Assembly: GCF_000315625.1 (NCBI RefSeq)
Contig: NW_005434610.1
Coordinates: 170,265 to 234,264 of the forward strand
DNA: 64,000 bases
DNA from: Guillardia theta CCMP2712
Lineage: Eukaryota; Protista; Cryptophyta
Reading direction: 5' to 3'
Each line of letters starts with the position of its first letter. Positions within the stretch are counted from its first letter, which is position 1. Shown here piece after piece: positions 30,692 through 44,400 of this stretch. Below the pieces are notes generated by a model. It saw only the letters and a program-made list of their open reading frames with translations. It was not told the origin of the DNA and made no database searches. The position numbers and the translations under genes were made by a program.

Positions 30692-32836
30692 ACGATGTAA
30701 ACTATAAAGACGCGATGTTCATTCGACGATGTATGTTTCCATCGTGGCGATTCTGGCCGCACCCTAGAGCTCATCCTCGAAAATCTTTCATTTTCATAGA
30801 TTACAAGCAGAGCGACAGGAGGGCATTGAAGCAGAGGGGGCTGAGCATATTGAAGGCGATGAGAGCAAACGCCGACGCAATCGAGAAGTTGTAGTTCACC
30901 CACTCACCCCTGTGGTTCACCTCAAACGGGAAAGAGCCGAGCATGACTTTGCTGAGCAGATACCAACAGCCTGCAAGGACGTCAGAAGCGAATTGAGAGG
31001 AAAAGCAGTCGAACATGTTGGCAAGGCAAAGAAAACCATAAGAGCCTGAAAAAGAGACGTCAGGTCCATGGCACATGGCGAGTCTCCTCCGAACCGTTGA
31101 GGGGGTTGCATTCAACGATGCCTGTCGCCTCCTTGCACCAACTGCCGTTTGTTCTGCAAGGGAACGCCAATGAGAAGGGATGTTTCAGCTGTAAGTGAAG
31201 AGAGGAAATACCTCTTCGAACAGGTTTGGTGTTGGCCTGGTCGCGAAGTTCCGCTCTGTCCGGGGAAACTCTGATGTTTGGCTGGTCGCAAAGTTCCGCT
31301 CGATCAGGGGAAACTCTGGTGTTCAGTTGATCGCGCAGATCCACCCTTTCCGGGGAGGCTCGATCGGGAGAGGCACTGGCAACATTGTCTCTGAGAGGAG
31401 ATCCCTTAGCTTTCTGTGCAATGACATCAGTGATGCACGTTGGTGACCAAATATGACAAACCTTAGTGCTGTCAACCTCAGCTCTCCAACAAGTGATTGC
31501 GTCTTGCAGGGCCTGTTTCGACGATTCGAGACCCCCGATAACCCGGAAAAGTCTTTCGCAGTGAGCGTTGAGCACATCAGGGAGTGAAGAGGTCTCGATG
31601 GAAGGTTGCTGAGGCTTCGCCGACAAGCGAGCAGAATCTTCATGGTGCTGATATCTCTCCTGGTATTGGTATTCTTCCTTGTCTTCTCTTGCTTTGACCT
31701 GATCCATCTTCGTATTCAAGCTGATTCTGTTTGCAAGATCAAACCTGAAGTCGTACGGAAGCGAGAAGAATCAATCAATGTACCGTTTCACACTGTTCTG
31801 CTGAGGGCTTGACTTGGTGGTGGACGTGGCATGGTTTGTTGCGATCGCCATCATTTCCTGAGCTGAAGTTAGAAAACTCAATACCTGTGAAATTTGAGCG
31901 AACCTCGAGTTTGCTTTTCTGATGTCGGGAGGCCTCAAACACATCTTTCTCAATGGTTTTGCCGTAGTCCGCTACTGGGGGCCTGCGCTCCATAAGATCT
32001 TCGGAATAGTCCTGAAGGCAATAAGTGACAACCCAACAAATCGGCTGTTTATTACCTTGTGATACGCTTCAAGAGCTTCCGGACGGGGGAGCGGAGTCTT
32101 GAAAACCGCCTTCTCGACGTTTGCAGTGGATAGAATCTTGTAACAAAACAAGAGACGTTGAGTGCACATGTGCATCAAGAACTTATCTCACCTCATCTCG
32201 CTCATACCCGGTTGATCTCAGGGTCTCGTCGAGCTGAAGCGCTCTATTGACAACCTTCTCTGAAGGAGTCATGGGGTGTGGGCTCGATCGCTCGCGAAAC
32301 ATGACCTGCCGTTAGATGTCTCAGTCAACAACAACAGAGCAAGATCGCGCACCCGATGCTGAACAGGCTGTGTGTGCGTAGATTGCTGCTCTTCGTCCGT
32401 CACGGGCGAAGCCGGCGAAAGTTGAGCAGGAGAATTCGCCGCCTCAGAAATTCTTTGCACGGCTCTTGGAGTCATGTACGGGGACCTAAGGAAAAGGTGA
32501 GGAGGAGCTGTAAACCCGTAATGGGAGCAATCACTTTGAAGCCTTCAAGGCGCTCTCTGACTTCCAGGAGTTCCTCGAGTCAGTCTCGAACGGGATAGAA
32601 TCGAGCCTCCCGGTGTATCCCGCCCTGTCATTGTGCTTGTGGTTGTACGAATCGATCAAGTCCGAAGAACGCCGTGTTTGCCACTGTGCGCGATAAATCT
32701 CTGAGTCGACGTCAAATTCTCCGCAGCCTCGCAGTCTAAGACCACTAACGAGGTTTGGGACTGGTTGGGGGATACCGAGAACAAGGGGAAGCAGGCACAA
32801 CAGACACGTAATGGACAAGATAGACATGGTGTTCAT
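30688..32836 (-). CDS. Hypothetical multi-exon protein: signal peptide + LRLRGCG, coiled coil, SP-repeats, possible C-terminal TM (may be two genes)
   Basis: MNTMSILSITCLLCLLPLVLG...LRLRGCG; successive minus-strand ORFs separated by short GT-AG segments. Confidence 0.5.
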
Positions 32837-34431
32837 CCTTGGGAGAACTGGGCAAGTTTTCAGACGATGCAAAGGCTTCAGATTACTCTGCTAGAAGAAT
32901 AGTCATCTCCGGATAGAGCTGGAAGTGATAAATCATTCTTACCTACTCCAATCGGGATTCTACGATCTGCGAAAATCCATGCAGGGGTCATTCCCATTCA
33001 CCAAAAGACCGTTCTCCAATTCTCTGTCTGCCTGAGAATGATGTCAGACGCAAGCGAGAAATGTGTACACCTTCTCTTCAGATCTTTTGTATTTGCACTG
33101 CCATGATTCCACATTGATCCTCTCCGTAAGCCCAGACCTACATGGAACTCGTTCGAAAGCTGCGGTGCTTGCATCCTTCCTCCCTTCTACTTGTTGGCTT
33201 CTGCGATATCTCTTTCTACAACTACAGAGTAGTCTCTCTTCAATTTCATGAGCGCAACTTTCAAGGCTCTCAAGCACTCATCGAGTGTTCCCCTATCGCC
33301 TCGTTCACGACCCATCTTGATCTGTTCTCAGAATCGACCCTCTTCGTCTGGCTTTCTGCTCGATCTCTCTCTATCTTTTCATCCTCTTCACACATCTTGT
33401 CCCTTCCCCTCTCTCCTCCTCCTTCTCCTTCTCCCCCCTCTCATTCTTCTCCTCCATCCATACTGCCGTCGCGCACTTTTCGCAGATTCATCGCGCCCTC
33501 CATTTTGGCCACCCTGTATTGGGAGGGGTGGGTTTGTTTGGAGAGGGGGTAGTGAAGCAGCCAGGTAAGGATCTGGTAGGGTTTTCACTGTAAAATCACC
33601 TATCAATCATGGGGTAGGGGTACTGGGGATCAGGGGGTACATACAGAGAGTCAGGGTAGGGGTGTGGGACGGGCAGAGGGGGGTAGGCGGGAAATTCGGA
33701 AAAAGTCTGAAACAAATTGAGTAAATTTTAAAATAAATTTATATTTGAACTTTCTTGTCGATTTATATTCAAAATCACATTCAGACATTGAAAATTAAAA
33801 ATCATTTGTTGAACCCTTGTTAAGTGATATTAATACGGTACAAACCGTCGGAACCCGGGCCATCAATGATTGCCTCGGCCGGGCCGAGCCTCGGAGGCCG
33901 GGCGGCTCGGACCGCCCGGCCGGGTGGCACGGTCACGGGTGCCAAGCCCGGCCGGGCGGGGGCCGGGCCGGCGGCGTCCCGGCGATCATCATAGAGTCCA
34001 GTCCGATAATAGAGTCCGATTGACCGTCCGACAAGGCTGGCGAAAGGCTCTCCGAAGCCGGTCATTCACATTGAAACCATTGTCAACTTCAAGGCTGAGT
34101 GCCCGGCTCCGCCGGGCTTGGAGTCACGGGCCGAGTGACCATAATGATGCCAGCCAACTGATGATTCGGCTAGCTTCTTCACTGTGTCAATATCTGGCGA
34201 TCCGACTGACTCGATATGCAGGCACTGCGGCACTTGGCAAGGCAATCGCGGCTATGGAAGGCATGACATGTGGAGACAGGAATGCAGATAGTGCGAGCAT
34301 GCATGCAATGCACCTAGCGCTAGGTTTAGAACCTTACTGCTAGCTGAGTAAGACACAATCATCGTCTTCGGTTGTCATTGGATAACCGTCCTCACTGCAG
34401 ATACACCACCCTACATCCGCACGCCTGGGAT

Positions 34432-35223
34432 CTAATCGTCGTCCTCGTCGTCCACGATGCTTTGCTTTGTGATCTTTGTCCCAGGAGAACAAAGAAGTGT
34501 CGACCGCTGCGCATCCCTGCATCGCAGCCTGAAGCCGATCAGGCGCATCTCCAATTTCTCCTCCTCCGTCATTGAGTGCTCCTCTCGCGTCTTGAGGTTC
34601 TCGAGCTGAACAGCCAGCAGGTCCATCTCGTACTGGTCTTTGCGCGCATCAACCAGATTGTAGTCGATGAACCATGGCGGCAGATGCTCCGCCGTTGGCA
34701 GTGAGACCAAGTCCACGTCAAAGAACTCGATGTACTGTTCGTGCACAAGTCTGGCCTTCAACCCAGCAAACGCCCTGTACTCGTCGAGAATAGACGTGAG
34801 ACTCCAGTTCTGCAGCCTCCTAAGGCAGCCAACCAGGGGAGCCGTTTGAAACACACCTGTGTCAACTGCGAATCAGTCGTACTGGAACTCGCTACATGCA
34901 ACACCGCACGGACCTGAGGTGCAGCAGATCAAGAGAGGATGTTTGCGATGATCGAGCACCATCTCGAGGGCATCTTTGATGAAGTCATCACATATCGGCG
35001 TCCATTGGGGATCAGGCCTCCACGCCTGCACCCCCAGGTTGTGCAGATCCACGTTCTGTTCCTTGAAGAACTCCACCACGCTTCTCAGCAACACCTCCGG
35101 AGACAGGTAGAGCACGGTCTTGAGATTGAGGCCAGTGAGGAAAGGGAGGTTCTCATCGACAGGAGCATTTGACCTGTACAGTCCCTGCTGCACGATCCCA
35201 AACGCGTTCGGCGGCTTCAGCAT
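34432..35223 (-). CDS. PFA-DSP (Siw14/OCA-family) phosphatase-like protein, likely inactive
   Basis: PPNAFGIVQQGLYRS, LNLKTVLYLSPE, HPLLICCTSG|VFQTAPLVGCLRRLQNWSLTSILDEYRAFAG, EQYIEFFD; one short intron near 34858-34914. Confidence 0.88.
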
Positions 35224-35709
35224 TTTTCACTCCCCACTGCCTGTCGTCCCCTCCATGGCGCAGGTGAACCCTCTTCCCCGCTCTATCCCTGGCCCTCATC
35301 CCCCTCCTCCGCTCCAGCGAAATGAAGCTGTTCATGACCCCACCCCCCTTTGTCAACGATGTGGTGCAACTGGGTGGAAATGGAAGTCAATGTTTTTGTT
35401 AAAAGTAGGGGTACAATGACTACCCTACCTACCCGCTACGTCTCAGCCTCGTTTGTGCGAAGTTGCATGCTGTCGACAATTTTGTGTGGGGAGGGAATGC
35501 GCGAGGAAAGGAAGGAGGAGGGGCGAGAAGAGGAGGTCAGGATGAAAGGAGACACGGGGAGAGTACAAGATAGTGTGTGTGTGTGTATGGAGCAGCAAGA
35601 TGCGTGAGGAAGCAGTTGTAACAAAGTTTGATGGTTGAGAACAGTGAAAGATAGGTCGCTGTAGGACTCGTGCCTTGGATCAATAGAGTCTTTCTGCCTT
35701 TCTGACATA

Positions 35710-38332
35710 ATGGCAGAGGGGGCAGGACAACGCATGGGATGGAAAGGACGCCAGCCTTGTAAGTGACAGGCGGCCAAAATGTACGGGGAAAACAACCCTG
35801 TCGCGTCTCAGTTTTGGCGAGAAGATCTGGTTGTTTCTCGTCGAATCTGTTCGTTCAAGAAAGACATCAAGGAGTGCTCTGGCAAACGTTGTCTGATCTC
35901 ACTACGGTAAACTCGCAACCTTCACTACAACATGTGCTGATAATGTTCGAAAGGTGCTCTTTCTTAAAGAATCAGCGATTCTCTGTTTCTTGCAATGTTC
36001 GTTTGGTGATTTCTGACTGCACGTCATCAATGACAAACAAGATTGCTGATGACTATCAGCTGACCTGCAAGCAGTATATGCTGCAGACTGTCTTTGACAT
36101 GCCTGTGCTTAGTGACGAACGAGCGGAGTTGCAAGTCGAAATTAGCTCGGCTCCTATCTTCACCAGAGTACGCGCCGAGCTGTCCTTGTTTCAACTACCT
36201 TCAAGTGTTATGCAAATCATCGGTGCTCCTGCTGGGTCAAGCATCGAGGCCTCTCCCAGTTCTGACCTATCCGATACCATGGAAGGAGAGAATGATGAGC
36301 AGCAAGATGAGCAGCTCGGGACGTCGCCAAGCAAAACCTTCTTGGGTTTCTTGGGCATGAGGCCAGGAAAGCATAGGATTGGTCAATACGAAAATTCAAT
36401 GCAGGAGCAACCGACGATTAGCGCTGAAGATGACATGAAGGATTCTTCACTTGACTGTGTCAGTCCTGAGAGTTTCAATGCATCATATCGCAGCTGGTTC
36501 CGCCCTAAGGTCCGAGAAATGGATCAGGACGTTCAGAGCCATTCCATGTCCTCTGACTTCACTGAAGACATTCTATGCCATGAGACTGAAAACATGCAAG
36601 CTGCCAGTGCCTCAGTCGAAAAACATAGCACTACTGTGTCCTCACCGGTCGGTGATAACATGGTTGCTGAAAGAAGAGGATGGTGGTGGGAGAGGAAACA
36701 CAAACAAGAGATCGATCTCGACGGATCTGGAGGCAGAATGGACTCGGTATTGAATTTGTAGTTGGATGACTCCATTTTATTGAGAGAATTGAATTTCACA
36801 GCCTGACAAACAAACCTCGGGCGAAGCTCAACAAGTTGCCTCGGTGTGCTCGAGTTGATGAGAAGGGAACCTTTCTCAGATGATTGCAGGTCTGGAAGGA
36901 GGAGAGCAGAGTGCCTGCTTTGGGGCTGAAAGGTGACTTCACATTGCGGGTAAGAACTTAGTCGAACAACCCTGTTCAATCTTGTTCTTTTCTCATCTTC
37001 CTTCTAGGAGCCTGGCAGATACAAATTTTCCGCGAAGACTTTGGCAAATCGATTTGTTCCAAACAGGTTCATTCTTCTCGAGCACGATACAGTCATTGCT
37101 TGACATGAGGACTACAGGGCCATGGGCTACGTCATGACGATCAGTTCAGCGCGTCCAGGTGTGACTTTGGAGATCGGGGCTCCGGGTATTTACCTTTTGA
37201 TTGTGAGCATAGTGCCCATGATATTTTTGACCATGCCTTTCCATTCAGAGTTCATTCAGACTGAGGAGTTCTTCCACTTGATACCGGAAGATATTCCTGT
37301 GAGGTGACAGAAGACACTGGATCTATGAAGAGGAATGAATGCTTCTGGGCCAGGGTGAGTTGGACCCTGTGGTCGCACGCAATCTTCAAGACAAGCGCTG
37401 CTTCTGCACAGCTCGAAGTTGTCTCACCTCAGCAATACTCGTCTCTGTATAAGTCGGCGGATTGGCTGGTGCTGTCTAAAGGAGGGGGGTGCCGGTGACA
37501 TATAGACGCCTGCCAGACGTTTGCACCTAACATGAAGTTTCAAACAGGGAAGAAGAATATGCTCGGAGCATGGTAAAGAAAGGAATCGACCAGGAGCTAC
37601 AGATTCTGCTGAGTCATGTATTGCTGTCGACTCAACTGAAGGCTGTGTTGCTGATAACACTCTCGTCTCTACAGATCCATACCCGCGAGACAGTCCAGAT
37701 GGTCCTTGTTCTACTAGCACTGCTCTTGGTCTCCTGTACAAACGAAGTATCGAAGGATCACCTTCTTCTTTTTAGATCTGACACTTTGCCTAAGGTGGTT
37801 TCTAATCCCATCTTCCACATCCCAACGCTGTGGTCAACTTGTATTGATGTATGCTCCTCGCCTCACGGCTTCTGCCCTCCAACTGATCTCGCGGGATGTT
37901 GTCCAGATCTCGATCCGAGGGATCTTGATTGCGCTGTCATTCGCATGGTGCATTATGCATCCTGAGAACGTGAGTGAGCAGATCGCCACCTGGCATCGAG
38001 ACTGGCTCAACTATCGGTCCTGTGTAACATCGAGATCGCGCACTTGCCTCATGCTGGTGGCAGGCGGGTGAAGAAACTGAACCAGCGAGCGCGGGATCTT
38101 TCACAGAGGATGAAGCACAAGGGCATCTGGGGTAAAGTTAAGCTCGTGCACAGGTAAGCGGATGCCGCGGCAAGGTTTGACGTCTGCGGTTCTTGATAAC
38201 ACTGTCCTCCCCGACAGTGAGTACATGCGGACATTGCATGAGAACCAAGTGGAGCCCCGAGCCTCGAACCAAGAAGACTCGTCTGCTGCTGCCACCAGTG
38301 CGGCTCTGCAAGCATCACCACCTAAGAGATAA
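35710..38332 (+). CDS. Hypothetical multi-exon protein
   Basis: 332-aa open frame plus a chain of downstream exons with GT-AG introns; no family recognised. Confidence 0.5.
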
Positions 38333-39125
38333 TACCGCACTACCTTAATGTACTGAGTCCGTACTGCCTGCCACCCCCTGAGCGAGGCGCGGAGTCCCCA
38401 AGCTCCCAGTGCCCCCGACGTCATCTCATCCAAAGTTCAAGGTTGCATGCATCTGACGGACTGACTCAGTGAGTCCGATCCGTTCAAGTCCTGAGCCGCT
38501 GGCGGCCGGGCCCGGCGCTGTGCGCCAGCCGCAGTGTGTGTTAACTACGGTCCGAAATTCCCGGAGTCCCGTGTCATCGCCGCGTGACTGGAACTCCGGG
38601 AGTCCCGTCGACTCGGAGGCTCGCCGCGGCACGCCGCGGCCGGCGCCGCCGGGCCCGGCAGCCTGGTCAGTCACTTTTACTCAAAGTGATCGGTCAGTGA
38701 ACCGCTGTGCGTGACCGGCCGCTCAACAACTATTTAAAGCTTGATTATACTACCACATATTTATGGTCGTAGTATAATCTGTATCTAATATTCAGAACTG
38801 AAAATATTTTTAATTCTGTTGATAAAGATATTAATACTATTTTTATGATATTGTACCATGTAAAAGTATTCGAGGACTTCTGTACCACATTCTAAAAAAC
38901 TCAAAGCAACCTCTACGCCATCATTGTAGTCTGAATAGGAAAATTTCATCTGCAATGCTCAAAATTTCCAACATAATTTGAATATTAATACTCTGTTGTG
39001 ATTTTTAAATATTATTGTTACTGTTTATTAAAACATGGTCAGAAAACTTTTATAAAAAACGAGCGGCGGCATGTACATCCTCGACATCCACGGCAGGTGG
39101 GAGGAGGAGGAGGACGAGGACAACC

Positions 39126-39160
<35 letters not shown>

Positions 39161-39198
39161 TGATGAGGAGGACGAGGACGAGGACGAGGAGTGATGAG

Positions 39199-39233
<35 letters not shown>

Positions 39234-39563
39234 TGAGGACGAGGAGGACGAGGACGAGGATGAGGACGAGGAGAACTAGGACGAGAACGAGGACGTGGAC
39301 GGGGACGGGGAGGAAGCAGTGGATGAAGAGGTGGAGGTGCCTGGGTGAACGGATGAACAGAAAGAAAAATTCTTGAAACACGCAAGAGAGGAAGTATAAT
39401 CCACCTATCCATGGGAAATGCAGTAGGAGATGCCAGAATCCCTCGATGTTTGTCAACGATGAGAATTTGTACTTTGGAGTATATGAATCTTTGGTGTTGA
39501 GTGTGTATTTCGTAACATTGTTTATCCTTTGTTCCATCTATCAACCTCTTGTCTCACATTTCA

Positions 39564-39964
39564 ATGGTGAAATTCTTTAGTAATGACTATTTGATTCACC
39601 ATAAATTTCCTATCACGTTGACTAACCAGCGGTTTTGTCAGGTCCTTCAAGCAGATCTATACTGCTGTTGACAACATTCTGAAAAGGTGATGTCTAGCTG
39701 TCAAGCCCAGCGTCTTTATTCACTCATGCCTCCTCTTCTTGTTTCTTTCAGGAAAATTCTGTTCTCACAGCAGATTGCGGGATTCGCTCGCTTTGGGGCG
39801 GCAGCAGGGTGTGCTCTGTTGTGGTTCACACATCCCCATGGTAAGCTAGGATCATCCGTTACCTTGTTTGCCTCGTTGAATCTGCAATGGCAGGCGTGAA
39901 CTTCATTCAGGGGGCAGTCAACGACATGGTCAACCCCCCTCCTCCCAAGATTCAGGAGGAGTAA
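39564..39964 (+). CDS. Probable cytochrome bc1 complex subunit 10 (QCR10/UCR11-like)
   Basis: Spliced ...KRKILFSQQIAGFARFGAAAGCALLWFTHPHGVNFIQGAVNDMVNPPPPKIQEE*, resembling the plant QCR10 pattern; first exon not resolved. Confidence 0.5.
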
Positions 39965-40159
39965 AGTGTGTCCTCTTACAGGGTGCATGTCACGCAGTCA
40001 GCTATACATATGAGATCCTTCTCGTTAACAGAGCAATAAAGCACAGGGAAAGTGTGGAATTTTCATCCTTTTGGGCCTCCGCACTTTCTTACACATCTCA
40101 AGCATCTTTACTGTTTGTGTGATTCAGAATAGAATCTTTGCTTCAAGCAATGCAACGAG

Positions 40160-40900
40160 CTTCATTCCCCCAACACCAGCCTATTCCTACATATCACAAG
40201 CTAATTTAACTGAACTGGTTGTAGATGCTCGAGGGATCGGCAGCAGGTCCTGGCACGGTGGCAGCGGGATCAGTGCTGAAAGGGAGGGGAGAGGGTGTGT
40301 AGGCAGCCTTTTAGAAGAAGCTGTCAGATTAAATCCAATGAGACTTTCCGCATAGACCTGAGGGAAAGTCCAGGATCCGCATGGTGGGGCTCCGCAGGAA
40401 TAGTTGTCGACGATGTCGAAGTCGGTGCTTCCTGTTGTTATCGAGGTGGTCAGGACATTACAGCACTGCGAACATCTCATGATTGGGTTTGAGGATAACA
40501 ACGCGGGGAACATCAAAGCAATAAAATTTCTGCATTCTTCTCCACTCTTGATCTCTTACCGTCAATGCCAGCGTTGGCAACGTATGCCTCGTAAACGGGA
40601 TCCGGGGTGAGGATGGTTCTGCAACCCGATCAGAGACCGACCATAGGATGAACATTCATGTGAAGCTGATATGGATATTATGCACATAAGTTTGCAAAGG
40701 GCAGGACAGGACAAGACAAAACGACACATCAAATGCATAAACAACCCACCCACCCAAGACACATTTTTGTGTGTTGCCTCCTGACACATATCAACTACCG
40801 AAGACCGATATAGAACGAACACAGCAGCATGCATAGCGACCAACAAGAATCAACCCGTATCTCGCTCAGTCCTTGTTCAAACTACAAAACACCTCAGCAT
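40160..40900 (-). CDS. Small hypothetical multi-exon protein
   Basis: Plausible spliced reading TPDPVYEAYVANAGIDGSTDFDIVDNYSCGAPPCGSWTFPQ...; ends unresolved. Confidence 0.3.
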
Positions 40901-41272
40901 CCTTTGTGGATAACGAACTCTAAATTAGGCTGCCTTCTCCTGTTCTCCCACTCCCCTGACCCCACACTTGATCATTGATAATCAAGAAGCTGCTTGCTTC
41001 AATTCTCACTCTCACACTTTCACAGCATCTCGTCGCCTTCTCCCAGTTTGAAACGTGTTGTTGCATACCCAAACCTCGCATCCCACCTGGTCTACATATC
41101 CTCTCTCACTGCTACCTCCCAGCTCGTCATCACAACTCAGAGCAACGCTTCCATCAACCTCCATCATCAACCTCCATCATCAACCTCCATCATCAACCTC
41201 CATCTCTCCCTCTCTTTCGGCTTCATCTCTTACCCTCGAACAAGCTTCAGTGCCGGGATCATCGAGAGGATC

Positions 41273-41559
41273 ATGGCGGCGGCGTCCCTTGATGTTGCCT
41301 CTTCGTGCGTAACGGTGTTTCTATAACGGTTTCCAACCCGGCAAAGGGCCGGCCCGGCCGGGTTGCCGCCGGACACTGAGAGGCTCGACCTTCTCAGTGG
41401 TGCTGGATATGAGGGTGATGATGTTGAGGCTGCTGGACATCAAGATGGAGTGGGCAGGAGAGGTATGAAGGAGGAGGAGAGGAGGAGGTGGTGGTGGTGG
41501 TGGAGGAGCAGATGGACGAGAAGGAGCAGCAACGGCAGCGGAGGCGGAGTAGGGAGCAA

Positions 41560-41626
<67 letters not shown>

Positions 41627-43704
41627 TGCAGGAGCAGGAGCAGAGCAGGAGCAGGAGCAGGAGCAGGAGCNNNNNNNNNNNNNNNNNNNNNNNNNNNNNN
41701 NNNNNNNNNNNNNNNNNNNNNNNNNNNNNNNNNNNNNNNNNNNNNNNNNNNNNNNNNNNNNNNNNNNNNNGGTGAAGCTGTCGACGTTGCTGGACAAATG
41801 GATGGAAAGGCCGGATAAAGTTTGTGGGTGGTGGAGAGGAGGAGGTGGAAAAGGTGGGTGAGATCCAGATGAACGATCAGGAGGAGCAGGCGCAGAACAA
41901 GGAGCAGGAGCCCCAGCAAAAGCAGGAGCAGGAGCCGAGAGGAGGATGGAGGAGGAGAGGAGATGGACGAGGAGGAGAGGAGATGGAGGAGGAGGAGAGG
42001 AGGATAGACGAAGAGGAGAGGAGATGGACGAGGAGGAGAGGAGGTGGACGAGGAGGAGAGGAGGATGGAAGAGGAGGAGGACGAGGAGGAGAGGAGGAGA
42101 GGAGGAGGAGGAGGAGGAGGAGCTGTAATCACCTTCATTGGCTGATACCTAGTTCTTGCCTTCCGTGAATCGTGATAGAGAGATGATGGACGACAGTGTC
42201 GGTTATGTTGCGCCTCACCTTTGATTGCAATACAGGCATGGATACTTTTCGAGATGACTGTTTACCGCGTGGTCGAATCATCGTCAAGAGCGATATCGTG
42301 GTTAGGGACAAAATTTCCCAGGTGAAGACAATTGCAACAGCTCTATAAGACCTCGGTTTAAGGCTAATGCTTCGCAAGAGGTTGGCTCGACAATAGATAT
42401 ATTCCGAGTCCGGTGAAGCGGAATATACAAAATGGTGTCTTGTGTTGTAATCATGTTTTCGCCTCATGTTGATATTGACAGGAAATGCTGTCTTGTGGTT
42501 TCTTGCATTCTCTCTTGGCCATGCCTTCACTTGGAGCAATCTTGTAGATACATCGAAGTTTGTGTTGCGAACCTCGCAAGCGGTTTGCTTTCGATCTTCA
42601 AAGATTCTACAGTGTCATGCTCACGGTGCTCCTCCATGTTCTAGGTGGCAGCGTTGCACGCTGCTTGTTTCATCTGCTGCTTCCTATTGGATCCCGGCAC
42701 CATCAAGCACCAAGGTTCATGAAAAAAGCCTCCTCGAGGGAGTGAATCGACTCGATGGACAGATAGCAACAGCGAAAGGGTTGATCCTGAAGACGCTCGT
42801 TACTGCTCAACATGCAACGTAGCACGTCCCCTGCGATCAAAGCATTGTTCGAATATGTACCATCGAAAGGCTGTGGGATAACATCTCACCCGCTCCTTTG
42901 CAGACTGTGTAATCGCTGTGTAGCAAGATTTGATCATCACTGCGAATGGACCAACAATTGCGGTGAAAAATTTGAATCCTGCGAGTCAACAACGATTGGT
43001 GAGTTTAACCCTTCCATCCTTTTAAAACAAATGCAGTTGGTGCGAACAATCACATCTACTTCCTTCTGCTCCTTGTGTAAGGCCAGTGCTTGTCTGGTAC
43101 TTGTGAGAATCGATGGCAGGTTTTGTGATACGGACATGATTATATGTTTATTCCTTTTATTCTCGAATCTCGGCTCCATTCTGAGGTGAACTGCTTACAA
43201 CAGTACAAAATTGAAAGAGCCTCATTGTATTTCACAGTTGGTTAAGCTGTATTTTCCTGCTCTTGACCATAATCTTTGTTTGGCACCTCCTTGTCGATCA
43301 GGTGACTTCCATTACCTGATTTTTGACAATGAGCTGATCTTCATTGAGCAGATACGATTGATTTCTAGAAACTTAACGCTGAACGAGCGATTCTTCAGCG
43401 AGAGGTTTGATAGAAGCAACAAAACCAATATTGACTTGAGTCAGATATGAGTACCTTGCGGACAGCAACGGCATGTTCTACAATCCATTCGATCAAGGAA
43501 TGGTAAGACAAACTCTAAGTCAAAGCTTCAATTCAACCACGCAGAACTCACAAAATGTTTCACGTGTTAATCCATTCATCTCTGAATGTCACACAGGTCA
43601 AGAATTGGATTGAGTTTCTAGGTTGCGGTGAACGTCGATGGTTGAAAGACCATGTGTACACAACAGGTGACATGTTATTAGATGAGAACATGCTGCGAGT
43701 ATGA
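41273..43704 (+). CDS. DHHC palmitoyl acyltransferase 1, multi-exon
   Basis: [63 protein letters not shown]; 5' end uncertain and crosses a gap. Confidence 0.88.
41560..41670 (-). repeat. (CTGCTC)n microsatellite (reads GAGCAG on +), running into a gap
   Basis: Direct tandem array. Confidence 0.9.
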
Positions 43705-44039
43705 TAGTCTTGCTTACAAAGAGACACTCTCGTCGACAACTGGCGATCCTGAAAATTCCCAAGGAATGCCTTCAGGATACGAAGAAACAAGTTTAGTGAA
43801 TGGACTATGACAGCATGTTTGAATCAGAGCTAGCCTCTCAAAAGGCATCTTGCTCCCTTTCCCGCTGCACAATCACAAATGACAACGAAAGGGAGCACCC
43901 CGGAAAGATTGAGGAACAGAGCAACGAGCGAGTCCTGAACGAATCTATCCCGTTCGACTTTCAATCACAAAAAAGCTATTCATAGACAACCCCCCCACAC
44001 ATCAGCAGTTTAGGCCTTCACGAGAGGCATTCCACCTAT

Positions 44040-44400
44040 TCAAAATGTTGGCATGGATGACAACAGCACCGTTATTCTATACCTGAGGCACCCCATGCGT
44101 CCAATGCTGACTTCTTTCCGTTCGCCATCACCTGACAAGAAAATCAGGAGAACAAAGAAGACACAACATCTCACATCTCTGGTGGATGACTTGGACAATC
44201 CCTGCTCGCTCATGGCTTGCTTGAACATCTTGTACTCGGCTTCAGTGACGGGCTTAGCTGCGAATGGTTTTCAGTCTCACAGGAAGAGCCGAGTGCAGAT
44301 GAGATGAGGAAGAGTACAGCGATGAACAATCATGAAATGCACATCAAGACTGTGATAGGTGAACCGAGAGAGCACGACGAAAGCACATGAACACATGTCG
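44040..44400 (-). CDS. Possible small hypothetical gene
   Basis: Exon-like KPVTEAEYKMFKQAMSEQGLSKSSTRD followed by a GTGAG...CAG intron. Confidence 0.3.

Noticed and set aside
33700-39060. Large transposon bounded by the two GC islands
   Set aside because: No alignable terminal repeats, TSD or transposase visible
38998-39544. RG-, DE- and RT-repeat ORFs
   Set aside because: GAGGAC-type intergenic microsatellite with no coding evidence
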